Source: a virus
Length of the DNA stretch: 64,000 nucleotides
Strand: one strand, 5' to 3'
Virus record (IMG/VR): IMGVR_UViG_3300032246_001180
Coordinates: 96,001-160,000 of that record
Below the pieces are notes generated by a model. The model worked only from the letters and a program-made list of their open reading frames with translations. It searched no databases and had not been told where the DNA came from. Below, piece after piece: positions 35,079 to 43,703 of the stretch. The position numbers were made by a program, and so were the translations under genes. Within the stretch, counting starts at the first letter, position 1. Each line of letters starts with the position of its first letter.

Positions 35079-35639
35079 ATGAAGAAAATTTTAGCAATGT
35101 TGGCTTTGGCCACAGCAACCTCAGTATTTGCTGGCGACAGCATTACACTTGAGCGTTCTAGTATTGATAACGTTGGTGCTACCAACCAAACACAATATCA
35201 GATGATGTACAAGCATACTTTCACCAACAACTTGGCAGGTGATTTGCAGTTTCAAAATACCACAAATGATACAACAAGTGCTTTGAGCACTCGTATCGAA
35301 GGTGGTGTAACTGTGTCTGAAAAGGTTGCGGGTCCTATCGGTTTGTATGTTCGCACCGCAGCAGGTCAAAAGTATAGCAATACTACTGATTTCAGCTACT
35401 GGTCGGTTGAACCTGGCGTAACTGCTGATGTTCCTGGTATTTCTGGTTTGACAGCAAAAGTTGGTTATCGTTATCGTACCGCTTTTGATTCAACCAAAAA
35501 CAATGACCAAACAAATACAATGCGTTATGGTTTGAGTTATGCAGTAACTAAGGTTGATGCAATTGGTGTTCGTTATGACCGTGTAAATGGTGATAATGAC
35601 CAAAAGACTATTGCAGTTAACTATACCCGTTCCTTCTAA
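35079..35639 (+). CDS. outer-membrane beta-barrel / porin-like protein
   Basis: signal peptide; alternating beta-strands; C-terminal YTRSF. Confidence 0.8.
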   Translation: MKKILAMLALATATSVFAGDSITLERSSIDNVGATNQTQYQMMYKHTFTNNLAGDLQFQNTTNDTTSALSTRIEGGVTVSEKVAGPIGLYVRTAAGQKYSNTTDFSYWSVEPGVTADVPGISGLTAKVGYRYRTAFDSTKNNDQTNTMRYGLSYAVTKVDAIGVRYDRVNGDNDQKTIAVNYTRSF

Positions 35640-35654
35640 TTAAATTAGAAATGC

Positions 35655-35686
35655 AAAAAGAACCCCGCTTCGGCGGGGTTTTTTAT
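35655..35686. terminator. bidirectional terminator with cUUCGg loop
   Basis: AAAAAG-AACCCCGC-TTCG-GCGGGGTT-TTTT between convergent genes. Confidence 0.92.
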
Positions 35687-35689
35687 TGG

Positions 35690-37192
35690 TTAAACGGTTC
35701 TCGTACTACCAATAATCATATTTCGGAAAGATGGTTCTAAATTTCTTACAGGTGCAATTGGATTTTTAGTCGGTGCATTACTGCCAGAAGAATTGACAGC
35801 TGCCGAATTGACTGTTGTACTAGCATCAGGTGTTGAAGATGGTAGATTTAAGGCTGCATTTTCACTACTTGCACTAGGTAAGGCTGCACTAGTAGGCGTG
35901 GAAGCTGCGGCCGTAGCGGTGGACGCACCACCACCGGCAGATGGTGTCGCAGTAGATCCAGCTGTCGGAGAAGCGCCTCCTGATGAAGTTTCTGGCGCTG
36001 TTTCGGTAGCGGTACTTGCAGGAGTGGCAGCTGGCGCAGGCGCTGGGGTTGCCGTTTTCTTAGTGCCATCCTCATTATAATCTTTGCCATATTTTTCATC
36101 CCAAGCAGCTGCTCGTACACCACGGGCAAGATTTTTTCCACCTGTTCCTGGTTTACCTGCAATAAAATCGGCCTTTGGTGGAACATTTTCTTTTATTCCC
36201 AATTCAGCATCACTTCTTTGTGGCGGAACTTCATATACTTTTTCATCAGCAGCAATGGCTTTAACTTTATCTTCACCACCAGCAGCCAACATTGCTTTTC
36301 TTTTGGCTTCTTTTTCTTCTTCGGTGGTTTCTGGCATATTCAAAATGTCTTGAGCATTCTTTTTGCCATTCTTAATAATGTCTTCTAATTTTTCACGGCC
36401 GCCCATTGCTTCAATATCTCTAGCATTTCCATTTTGTAAAATTGCCTGTGCTTCATCAGGACTTAAAGCCTTCATATTAGGAGTATTTTCGGCCAATTTC
36501 TCCAAACCAAATTTTATCAAAGCAATAAGCGCAACCATCGAGGCTACACCCAACAATGCAAGACCAACAGGACTTGCAAACCAACCTAATACACTCATCA
36601 AAGTTTGTACAACAGCACGACCACCCAATAAAGTTTCTAATAAACTACCACCAGAATCTTGCGTTACCTTTGTGGCAGTTGCTTTGCCTGTGTATGGTTT
36701 GCCTGTAATTGCTTCAATAAGTTCTTTGTGTCGTTTTAACTTCTCAAGTTCATTTTCTTCTTTGTAGTTGTTTGCTTCTTCTCTACGTTTTGTTTCATCT
36801 TCAAAAGATTTGTTCATTAGATTATAAATCTTCTCTAACGTAGCATCAAAACCTCTACCGCCAGTACTAGTGCTTTTAATTTTATCGGCTGTATTTTTTG
36901 TATCTTGTAATTGCTCAGCTCTTTCACCTTTTTTTCTCGCACCAGTAAAGAAATTGATAGACTCTTGTTTTCTACCTGTGGCCTTACCCAACATAGCAGG
37001 CGCCCAATTAGAACCAAATGTCATAAATTTGGCAATATTCATTGGGTCAAAGAACTGTTTGATGCCTTCTGTTTTGGCTTTAGTTTTAAGACCGATAGCC
37101 TTTTTCATGGACGTGCCGAAGCCACCTTCTTGTTCTGCAAGTAAAGTGCCAAATGATTTTTTTCTTATCTCTTTTGCTTCTTTATAGTCCAT
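35690..37192 (-). CDS. baseplate hub/tape-measure-like protein
   Basis: downstream of gp26/gp51; helical, hydrophobic mid segment, Ala/Thr/Ser-rich tail; N-terminus paralogous to 37196-39406. Confidence 0.55.
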   Translation of the reverse strand: MDYKEAKEIRKKSFGTLLAEQEGGFGTSMKKAIGLKTKAKTEGIKQFFDPMNIAKFMTFGSNWAPAMLGKATGRKQESINFFTGARKKGERAEQLQDTKNTADKIKSTSTGGRGFDATLEKIYNLMNKSFEDETKRREEANNYKEENELEKLKRHKELIEAITGKPYTGKATATKVTQDSGGSLLETLLGGRAVVQTLMSVLGWFASPVGLALLGVASMVALIALIKFGLEKLAENTPNMKALSPDEAQAILQNGNARDIEAMGGREKLEDIIKNGKKNAQDILNMPETTEEEKEAKRKAMLAAGGEDKVKAIAADEKVYEVPPQRSDAELGIKENVPPKADFIAGKPGTGGKNLARGVRAAAWDEKYGKDYNEDGTKKTATPAPAPAATPASTATETAPETSSGGASPTAGSTATPSAGGGASTATAAASTPTSAALPSASSENAALNLPSSTPDASTTVNSAAVNSSGSNAPTKNPIAPVRNLEPSFRNMIIGSTRTV

Positions 37193-37195
37193 ATT

Positions 37196-39406
37196 TTATC
37201 TTCTTTGAGCAGCATCCATTGGTGATGAATCATCTCTGCGTTGACCTGGTCTGGCAGGCAATGTTTGATTATTGACTGTTGTATTATTTACGGTTGTTGA
37301 ATTACCACCTTGGTTATTTAACTCACCACGAAGTTGAGTATTTTCTTGTGATAGACCTAACACATTATACATCTTTTCACCTTCATGTAATTGAGTATTT
37401 AAATAAGTTGCTCTATCAGTACCACTACTAAAAGCTTTACGCACTTGTTCAACGTCCGCAATGTTTACTTTTCCTTTACCTGCTGTTAACAGAATTAAGG
37501 CCTTTTTTAAATCTTCTGGATTTTCATAAGAATTTAAAATTTTAAGACCTTTTTGATATCCAGCTTTTAATTGTTCAACGGTCAAAAGTGGACTTAAACT
37601 ATCAGCTGCCAACAAAGAAAGATAAGCTAAAGTTGCTGCTGAAGTTGTTTTTACATCTTTATTGATTAATTCAGGATTATTCACCAAGTCTAATCCCATT
37701 AATTTTCCAATAGCTTCATAGGTGTCTTTATGGGTTATACCAATTAAAGACCTGCCTTTGTATTTTTCCCCGCCTTTGTAACCAACAGCTTCAAAGAATT
37801 TACCTTCATTAGGATCATCTATTACCGATTTCCATTGTTCGGAAGACCATTTTTTTCCAAAAGTAAAATTCATATAAGCAGTGCCGGCGCCTGCACCGCT
37901 TTGCGGAGCATCTGCATTTTTTGCTTTTATTTTTTCATACTTGTCATTTGGAATTTTAGATTTACCTGATTCCATATTGCGCCAAGTATTTTTGTAAGCT
38001 ACTGGACCTTCTTCGCTTAATGTTTGTCCTGCTTGTGTTTCTTTTGCAGCAACAAGCATAACGCTAGCCGATAAAGCTGAAGAAGCACCCATAGAAACTA
38101 ATTCTTTTTTAATATTTGCACTTCTTTGAGCTGCATCTAAACCTTTTAGTCCTTCACCTTCTCTACCAACTTTTGTTGCTGTTGATGGTTTTGTCGTTGA
38201 TGGTTTTGCAGGTTGAGCTGAAGGTTCTTTCTGTTGACCAGGTCTTTGAGGTTGTTGTCTAGGTGCAGTTTGAGCTGGTGCTTGTTGCTGAGGTTGTTGA
38301 GCAGGTTGTTCTTCTTTTTTCTGTCTTGTTGCGGTTTCTCTATCAGTCTTATCTCTAGCATCTTTAGCTTCTTTATCGGCTTTTTCTTTAGCGTCTTTAG
38401 CTTCTCTGTCGGCTTTATCTTTTGCTGCCTTATTTTCTTTATCGGCTTTTTCTTTAGCGTCTTTAGCTTCTCTGTCGGCTTTTTGTTTAGCTTCTTTATC
38501 CGCTTTTTCCTTGGCAACACGGTCTTTTTCTGCACGGTCTTTATCCGCTTTTTCTTTAGCCTTAGTATCCTTATCTGCTTGTTTTTTATCAGTTTGAGAT
38601 TTATTTTCTTGGTTTTTAGAATCTCTTTCTTGTTGTCTTTGAGCAGGTTGTTCTTCTTTCTTAGCTGGCGGCTGTTCTTTTTTAACAGGTTGCTCTTCTT
38701 TCTTAGCTGGCGGCTGTTCTTTTTTAGCAGGCTGCTCAGTTTTCTTAGCTGGCGGCTGTTCTTTTTTAGCAGGCTGCTCAGTTTTCTTAGGCGGTTGTTC
38801 CGTCTTTTTAGTTGGGGTAGGCTTTTGGGTAGGCTTAGTTGGCTTTGGTGGCGGCTTCTGTTTTTCAGAAGGTTGTCCACCAGGTTTTTCTGTAGGCTTG
38901 GTTGGTTTTGAAGGTGTTACTCTTTTGAGTGAAAGAGCTTTCAATAATTCTTTGTGTCTTCTTTCTTCTTCTTTTTTATCTTTTTTATCAAACTTGTCAT
39001 CATTCTTATTCCACTTTTTGACCTCTTTTTCACGGTCTTTAATAAGTTTGTGAATTGCTCTGACAGATTCAATTGCTGGTGTAGGTGCATCTTCACCATC
39101 ATCATTATCGTTGACGGCGGCCGAACGACCCATTGTTTTGTTTTTTAATCTTGCACCGGTGAAATGTGCAATACTTTCGGCTTTTCTACCCGTCAGTTTA
39201 CCCAACATGGCTGGTGCCCAATTAGAACCAAAAGTCATCTTCTTAGCAATATTCATAGGGTCAAAAGTTTCCTTAAGACCTTCTATGTTTGCTCTTGTTT
39301 TTTGGCCAATTGCTGATTTTAAAGACGAACCAAGGCCTCCCTCTTGTTCAGCCAAAAGAGTGCCAAATGATTTTTTTCTTATCTTAGCAGCTGAACTATA
39401 ATCCAT
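37196..39406 (-). CDS. hub/tape-measure-like protein with repeats and a C-terminal GH19 lysozyme-like domain
   Basis: YKGRSLIGITHKDTY...GLDLVNNPELI resembles GH19; K/E/P-rich repeats. Confidence 0.65.
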   Translation of the reverse strand: MDYSSAAKIRKKSFGTLLAEQEGGLGSSLKSAIGQKTRANIEGLKETFDPMNIAKKMTFGSNWAPAMLGKLTGRKAESIAHFTGARLKNKTMGRSAAVNDNDDGEDAPTPAIESVRAIHKLIKDREKEVKKWNKNDDKFDKKDKKEEERRHKELLKALSLKRVTPSKPTKPTEKPGGQPSEKQKPPPKPTKPTQKPTPTKKTEQPPKKTEQPAKKEQPPAKKTEQPAKKEQPPAKKEEQPVKKEQPPAKKEEQPAQRQQERDSKNQENKSQTDKKQADKDTKAKEKADKDRAEKDRVAKEKADKEAKQKADREAKDAKEKADKENKAAKDKADREAKDAKEKADKEAKDARDKTDRETATRQKKEEQPAQQPQQQAPAQTAPRQQPQRPGQQKEPSAQPAKPSTTKPSTATKVGREGEGLKGLDAAQRSANIKKELVSMGASSALSASVMLVAAKETQAGQTLSEEGPVAYKNTWRNMESGKSKIPNDKYEKIKAKNADAPQSGAGAGTAYMNFTFGKKWSSEQWKSVIDDPNEGKFFEAVGYKGGEKYKGRSLIGITHKDTYEAIGKLMGLDLVNNPELINKDVKTTSAATLAYLSLLAADSLSPLLTVEQLKAGYQKGLKILNSYENPEDLKKALILLTAGKGKVNIADVEQVRKAFSSGTDRATYLNTQLHEGEKMYNVLGLSQENTQLRGELNNQGGNSTTVNNTTVNNQTLPARPGQRRDDSSPMDAAQRR
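38361..38790 (-). repeat. in-frame tandem repeats (42-bp and 66-bp periods)
   Basis: TTAGCTGGCG at 38661/38703/38745 (KKEQPPAKKTEQPA); KADREAKDAKEKADKE x2. Confidence 0.85.
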
Positions 39407-39409
39407 TTA

Positions 39410-39598
39410 CTATTTTCTTTGTTTCTCTTTTAGTCTTTGGTTTTCTTCTTCAATATATTGTATCAGCATGGTAACGTAGATATCCCTTTCCCAAGGAATC
39501 ATCGACTCAAGTTCAGTAAGACTATACTTATGGTGTTGCATCAAGGAAAAGTTAGTCTTGTAATAATTCTTTAAATTGTCATGACGAAGTGTTAGCCG
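39410..39598 (-). CDS. gp51: gp51-like baseplate hub assembly protein; first ATG at 39541 but frame open to the gp26 end (probable -1 frameshift)
   Basis: RHDNLKNYYKTNFSLMQHHKYSLTELESMIPWERDIY; absent from ORF track. Confidence 0.8.
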   Translation of the reverse strand, partial: RLTLRHDNLKNYYKTNFSLMQHHKYSLTELESMIPWERDIYVTMLIQYIEEENQRLKEKQRK

Positions 39599-40320
39599 AA
39601 AAAATCTTCAAGACCCTCCACAACAAGGTGGTGTTCAAAACCACACTTACTGCAAGTGATATCAATATCTTGTTTCATTCTTGGCAACTGATTGAAGAAC
39701 GCTTCAACCTTTTCAAACTGCTCTTGATTCATACTCTCAACGAATTCTAACATCTCACCAGCTTCTGCTTCTCTACCATAGTGAAATTCTTCTGTCGGTA
39801 CTTCATAGATGTATTCAATACTGTTAGCAATCATATTGAAAGTAACTTCATTAATATCATCCATGTTGATTGAATCTCTGACCAATCCAAATTCTGGATA
39901 TTTCATTTTGATAATGATTCGTTCTGAAAGTTTAATTTCAGGATTAATATCCGGTACATCAACCTTAACCGAATTCAAATCAACATCTTTTTCCATAATA
40001 TTTCCGCACTCTTTATCTTCAACTGTATTGTTGCAACGATAACGTGCCTGAATCATTTCACCTACTGACTTGGCACGCAAGTTTACAAAGTAATACTCAA
40101 CGTCAACAATAGGCAATTTATCGATTTCAACACCTTCTGTAACTGTACAGTTATAAAGAATATCATGTACGTTTTGTTGAATGGTTTCACTTTCACCAGA
40201 CTCTAACGCCATCAAAAGATTCTTTTGTTCTTTTACAAGAAACGGTCTATATTTAATTTTTCTTTTTGAAACCGGCAATTCTAATTCATATGTCGGCACA
40301 TCAAGTTTAGGCAACGCCAT
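39592..40320 (-). CDS. gp26: baseplate hub assembly protein gp26
   Basis: MALPK..P.YEL.LP, YRPFLVKE.K.LL.A.ES, LRAKSVGE, EGL..FF. Confidence 0.92.
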   Translation of the reverse strand: MALPKLDVPTYELELPVSKRKIKYRPFLVKEQKNLLMALESGESETIQQNVHDILYNCTVTEGVEIDKLPIVDVEYYFVNLRAKSVGEMIQARYRCNNTVEDKECGNIMEKDVDLNSVKVDVPDINPEIKLSERIIIKMKYPEFGLVRDSINMDDINEVTFNMIANSIEYIYEVPTEEFHYGREAEAGEMLEFVESMNQEQFEKVEAFFNQLPRMKQDIDITCSKCGFEHHLVVEGLEDFFG

Positions 40321-40344
40321 AATATCTCCTTAATAAAAAAATCA

Positions 40345-41031
40345 TTATCTACCAAAAACACCTTTGATAGATTCCATCGAACCACTAGCAACTGAATCAG
40401 GTAAAGAATTTATACCTGTTCCTAAACCACCAACAGCATTTAAACCACCAACAGCATCCGCAATAGCAGATATGCCAGCATCGACAATCTCCATACCAAG
40501 AGCTTGTAGTGAGTTGTTTTTCCAATATGTGTATGCAAAGGTTACTGATAATTTATGATAACCTTCACTAGACCAATCTAAATCTAATTGGTTCATAGAA
40601 ATAGGAAAAGCATCATACAAACTACAAGAATAAGAAATTTCATTCATTACATCATACTGTGAAATCGTAATAATCGAAGCGTAATCACTTTTGTATCTAT
40701 AATTGTAATTAAATGTTGGATTGATATAATTCATCCAAGCATCAAAGAAAACTTTTTGACTCATATCATCATCAACAATGAATGTTAGGTCAATATCATT
40801 ATATGTTGTTTCGTAAGGAAACTTTTCAATTGGGTTTGAACCAATCTTTTGTTCTGCGGTTGCAAAAGTTCTACCTGGAAGTTGTGCTTGTTCACAACGC
40901 ATAGACAAACCTCTTGCTGACTTAATATAAGGCAGTAAAGTCAAAGGCACAGGAATATCTACCAAAAACTTACTTGGTCTTGCAACGTCTTTTTTAAAAC
41001 TAGATTGAAACTCTGATATTGAACCAGCCAT
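40345..41031 (-). CDS. gp54: tail-tube initiator gp54-like (gp19-fold) protein
   Basis: ARP.KF.V, C..AQLPG, F.D.W.N, L.DAFP.S..Q.DL.W, V.FAY..W; synteny. Confidence 0.7.
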   Translation of the reverse strand: MAGSISEFQSSFKKDVARPSKFLVDIPVPLTLLPYIKSARGLSMRCEQAQLPGRTFATAEQKIGSNPIEKFPYETTYNDIDLTFIVDDDMSQKVFFDAWMNYINPTFNYNYRYKSDYASIITISQYDVMNEISYSCSLYDAFPISMNQLDLDWSSEGYHKLSVTFAYTYWKNNSLQALGMEIVDAGISAIADAVGGLNAVGGLGTGINSLPDSVASGSMESIKGVFGR

Positions 41032-41634
41032 TTAGTGTGTCCTTATTTCGTCTAACGATTCTTTCCAAACCTTTTGCGGTTTGGCTTTCTTAAATTGTTG
41101 CATAGGTAAGAATACTGCCGTTTCCCATTCATCGGGTTGTATGGCAAGTATCTTAGATTGAACGTGGTCATGCAAATACTTTTTAAAACATGGCCTAAAC
41201 TCTCTAAAACGCTTAGAGGACGATAGAATATCATATGTTACTCTTAGTCGTTTGATTTCGTTCTCATCGCTATACTGTGCATATGACATTAACTTGTTTA
41301 AAAATGCCACACGCCATTTAAGTGGTAAATAATGTAAATTTAGTCCTGTAAATCCGTCTTTTTGCCTATCTAGTATCAACACCAAAGGAAATCTATCGTA
41401 ATATGGTAATTGGTCTTTGGTTTTGGGGTCATAATAGAAACAATATAACCCACCTATAACAAATCTACTGACTTTACGAAATCCCTCTTTGTTTACTTCC
41501 ACAGCTATTCTGGAAGGATTTCTCAACGAAGCAATTTTCTCTAAAAACCATTTATAAGATTCTTTAGACAAAAAACCTAGCTGCGCTGCATTTTTCTCAG
41601 CGTTTATTAGTGTTAATTTAGATGAAGTGGCCAT
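41032..41634 (-). CDS. gp2: DNA end protector gp2
   Basis: YDPK.K..LPYYDRFPLV, G.NLHYL, C.K.YL..HV.S. Confidence 0.92.
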   Translation of the reverse strand: MATSSKLTLINAEKNAAQLGFLSKESYKWFLEKIASLRNPSRIAVEVNKEGFRKVSRFVIGGLYCFYYDPKTKDQLPYYDRFPLVLILDRQKDGFTGLNLHYLPLKWRVAFLNKLMSYAQYSDENEIKRLRVTYDILSSSKRFREFRPCFKKYLHDHVQSKILAIQPDEWETAVFLPMQQFKKAKPQKVWKESLDEIRTH

Positions 41635-41648
41635 GATTATTATTTAGT

Positions 41649-42083
41649 TCACAGTCCTAGGTGGTCTTCGGTTAATATTCTAAACTCCCATCCTCGGTCT
41701 GCACAATACTCATTAGCCGCTTTCCATTTGGCTTGATTGACACCCCAAGTGGTAACTTCATTGATATATTGTTTAGTTTTTCTGGTTTGTTGTTTAGGTG
41801 GTTGAGTTTGTTTTTTAGGTTTAACTTCAATCATTAATGTTTTCAGTTTACTATCTCTAGTTCTTAATTTAATAAGGAAATCGGGAAAATATCGATGAAA
41901 TCGTCCATCAACAGGAGATTTGTAAGGCACAGTCAATTCTTCAGAACCCCATGCAATAACATCAGGGTTTCTGTCTAACCAGTCCATGACCTTACATTCC
42001 CATGAAGAACGATAAACTATGTTTTTGTAATCACCAATATATTTTGAAGGATTTTTCGGTCTAAAGAGTCCACTATACGCCAT
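41649..42083 (-). CDS. gp4: head completion nuclease gp4
   Basis: P.NP.KY.GD, YRSSWE, W.SEE, HRYFPDF, IEVKP, NQAKW.AA. Confidence 0.95.
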   Translation of the reverse strand: MAYSGLFRPKNPSKYIGDYKNIVYRSSWECKVMDWLDRNPDVIAWGSEELTVPYKSPVDGRFHRYFPDFLIKLRTRDSKLKTLMIEVKPKKQTQPPKQQTRKTKQYINEVTTWGVNQAKWKAANEYCADRGWEFRILTEDHLGL

Positions 42084-42104
42084 ATAAAACTTCCAAGTTA
42101 ACCT

Positions 42105-42112
42105 TATAAATA
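42105..42112 (+). promoter_or_regulatory. T4-type late promoter
   Basis: TATAAATA upstream of the gp48 operon. Confidence 0.8.
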
Positions 42113-42147
42113 CTATGTATAACATTTCCCCAACCTAAGAGGACTTA

Positions 42148-43095
42148 ATGGCTATCATTTCAATCCCACAATCAATTGGTGGTATAACAATTCCCGGCAG
42201 CGTTACCAATGGACCGTTAGGTATGTTGTTTGGTAAAAAAGGCGCTGGCGGTCTACAATATCCTAGAGATTTAGGTTCGGCCACAAGAGGTCATTCTGTT
42301 AGGTTTGAAATTACGGAAATTCAACCAACTGGATATGAAGCGGGCAAAGAATATAATTTTTCATCAATTGGAAGTGGTCTTACTCAACAAACTACTGATG
42401 TTGCTTCTGCTGTTTCTGCTGCTGGTGGTTTTACATCTGGTGCAGGTTTAGCGGCAGGAGCTGCTAAATTGTCATTATCTCCACAAAAAAGTAAAATTAT
42501 ACAAACCATAGATTTATATATGCCCGAAACCATGGCCTTTTCATATGGCGCATCATATGATGATATTAGTTTAAAAGATGCAATACAAGAGGCTGTTCAA
42601 GGTGTTTCTTCAGCAATAGGTGTGGGTAATGTTGTGCAAGGTGTTAGTGGTGCAATAGATTCACAAGTTGCTAAGTTAGCCTTAAAATCTCAAGGCCTCG
42701 CAATCAACCCAATGAAGCAATTAGTCTTTCAAGGTATCTCATTTAGGGATTTTCAAATGACGTTTACTTTTACACCTTATTCTAAACAAGAAGCTCAGAC
42801 GGTTACAAAAATCATTGAAGCATTTAGAACGGCTGCAGCACCAACTATTAATAATGGTACTGGCGGTATGTTTTTTATTCCACCTTCAGTATTCAATATT
42901 AAATTTCTTTATAAAGGCAAAGAGAATAAAAACATCAATAAAGTTACCGAAGCGGCAATAACAACGATTGATGTTAATTACGCTCCAAACGGATGGTCTA
43001 CACACTCAGATGGTGCGCCGGTACAAACTCAAATGACTATAAGCTTTAAAGAAAATGCTCTTGTTGATAGAAACAAGATTAAAGAAGGTTATTAA
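42148..43095 (+). CDS. gp48: baseplate tail-tube cap gp48
   Basis: YP.DL, LYMP, NP....F.G..FR.F.F.F.P.S..EA, VNYAPNG. Confidence 0.85.
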   Translation: MAIISIPQSIGGITIPGSVTNGPLGMLFGKKGAGGLQYPRDLGSATRGHSVRFEITEIQPTGYEAGKEYNFSSIGSGLTQQTTDVASAVSAAGGFTSGAGLAAGAAKLSLSPQKSKIIQTIDLYMPETMAFSYGASYDDISLKDAIQEAVQGVSSAIGVGNVVQGVSGAIDSQVAKLALKSQGLAINPMKQLVFQGISFRDFQMTFTFTPYSKQEAQTVTKIIEAFRTAAAPTINNGTGGMFFIPPSVFNIKFLYKGKENKNINKVTEAAITTIDVNYAPNGWSTHSDGAPVQTQMTISFKENALVDRNKIKEGY

Positions 43096-43097
43096 AA

Positions 43098-43700
43098 ATG
43101 AAATATTTTGAAACGCTACCAAAAGTTGTTTATAATGATCCAGTATTAGGACAAAAATTACTAACGAATCTGATGGCTCGTGTTAGTATGATGCCACAAA
43201 CTTTACAAAATCCCTTGGTTTTTTATCCATACGACATACAAGAAGGTGATACTCCTGAAATTATTGCTTATAAGTATTATGGAGATTCTTATAGATATTG
43301 GATGGTATTGTTTGCAAATCAAATAATGGATCCTCAATGGCAATGGCCGGTAGACCAATTAACATTTGATAATTATTTGTCAAACAAATATCCTAACATA
43401 GATGTTAATACGACAATACATCATTATTTAAAAACTGTAACTTCGGTTGATAACACCAGTAGAACCTCAACTATTACTGAAACTATCATAGATTTAACTG
43501 CTTATAATAATTTAGCAAGAACCACAAGAACTTATACAATTTCAAATACTTCTACAGTTACAGTTACAACAGACAAATCAGCTGTTAATATTTACGATTA
43601 TGAAATGAGTGTAAACGAAAACAATAGAAATATACGTTTGGTAAATGCGATATATGCGGACCAACTGGAAAAAGAATTTCAAACTTTGATGGCAATTTAA
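43098..43700 (+). CDS. gp53: baseplate wedge protein gp53
   Basis: YF..LP, Y.I.EGDTPE.IA.KYYGD...W.VL..N.I.DP...WP. Confidence 0.92.
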   Translation: MKYFETLPKVVYNDPVLGQKLLTNLMARVSMMPQTLQNPLVFYPYDIQEGDTPEIIAYKYYGDSYRYWMVLFANQIMDPQWQWPVDQLTFDNYLSNKYPNIDVNTTIHHYLKTVTSVDNTSRTSTITETIIDLTAYNNLARTTRTYTISNTSTVTVTTDKSAVNIYDYEMSVNENNRNIRLVNAIYADQLEKEFQTLMAI

Positions 43701-43703
43701 AAT

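Noticed and set aside
38361-38790. CRISPR-like array
   Set aside because: Contiguous in-frame coding repeats with no unique spacers.
38146-38911. long alternative-frame ORFs (244 and 225 aa)
   Set aside because: By-products of the low-complexity repeats in the 37196-39406 gene.
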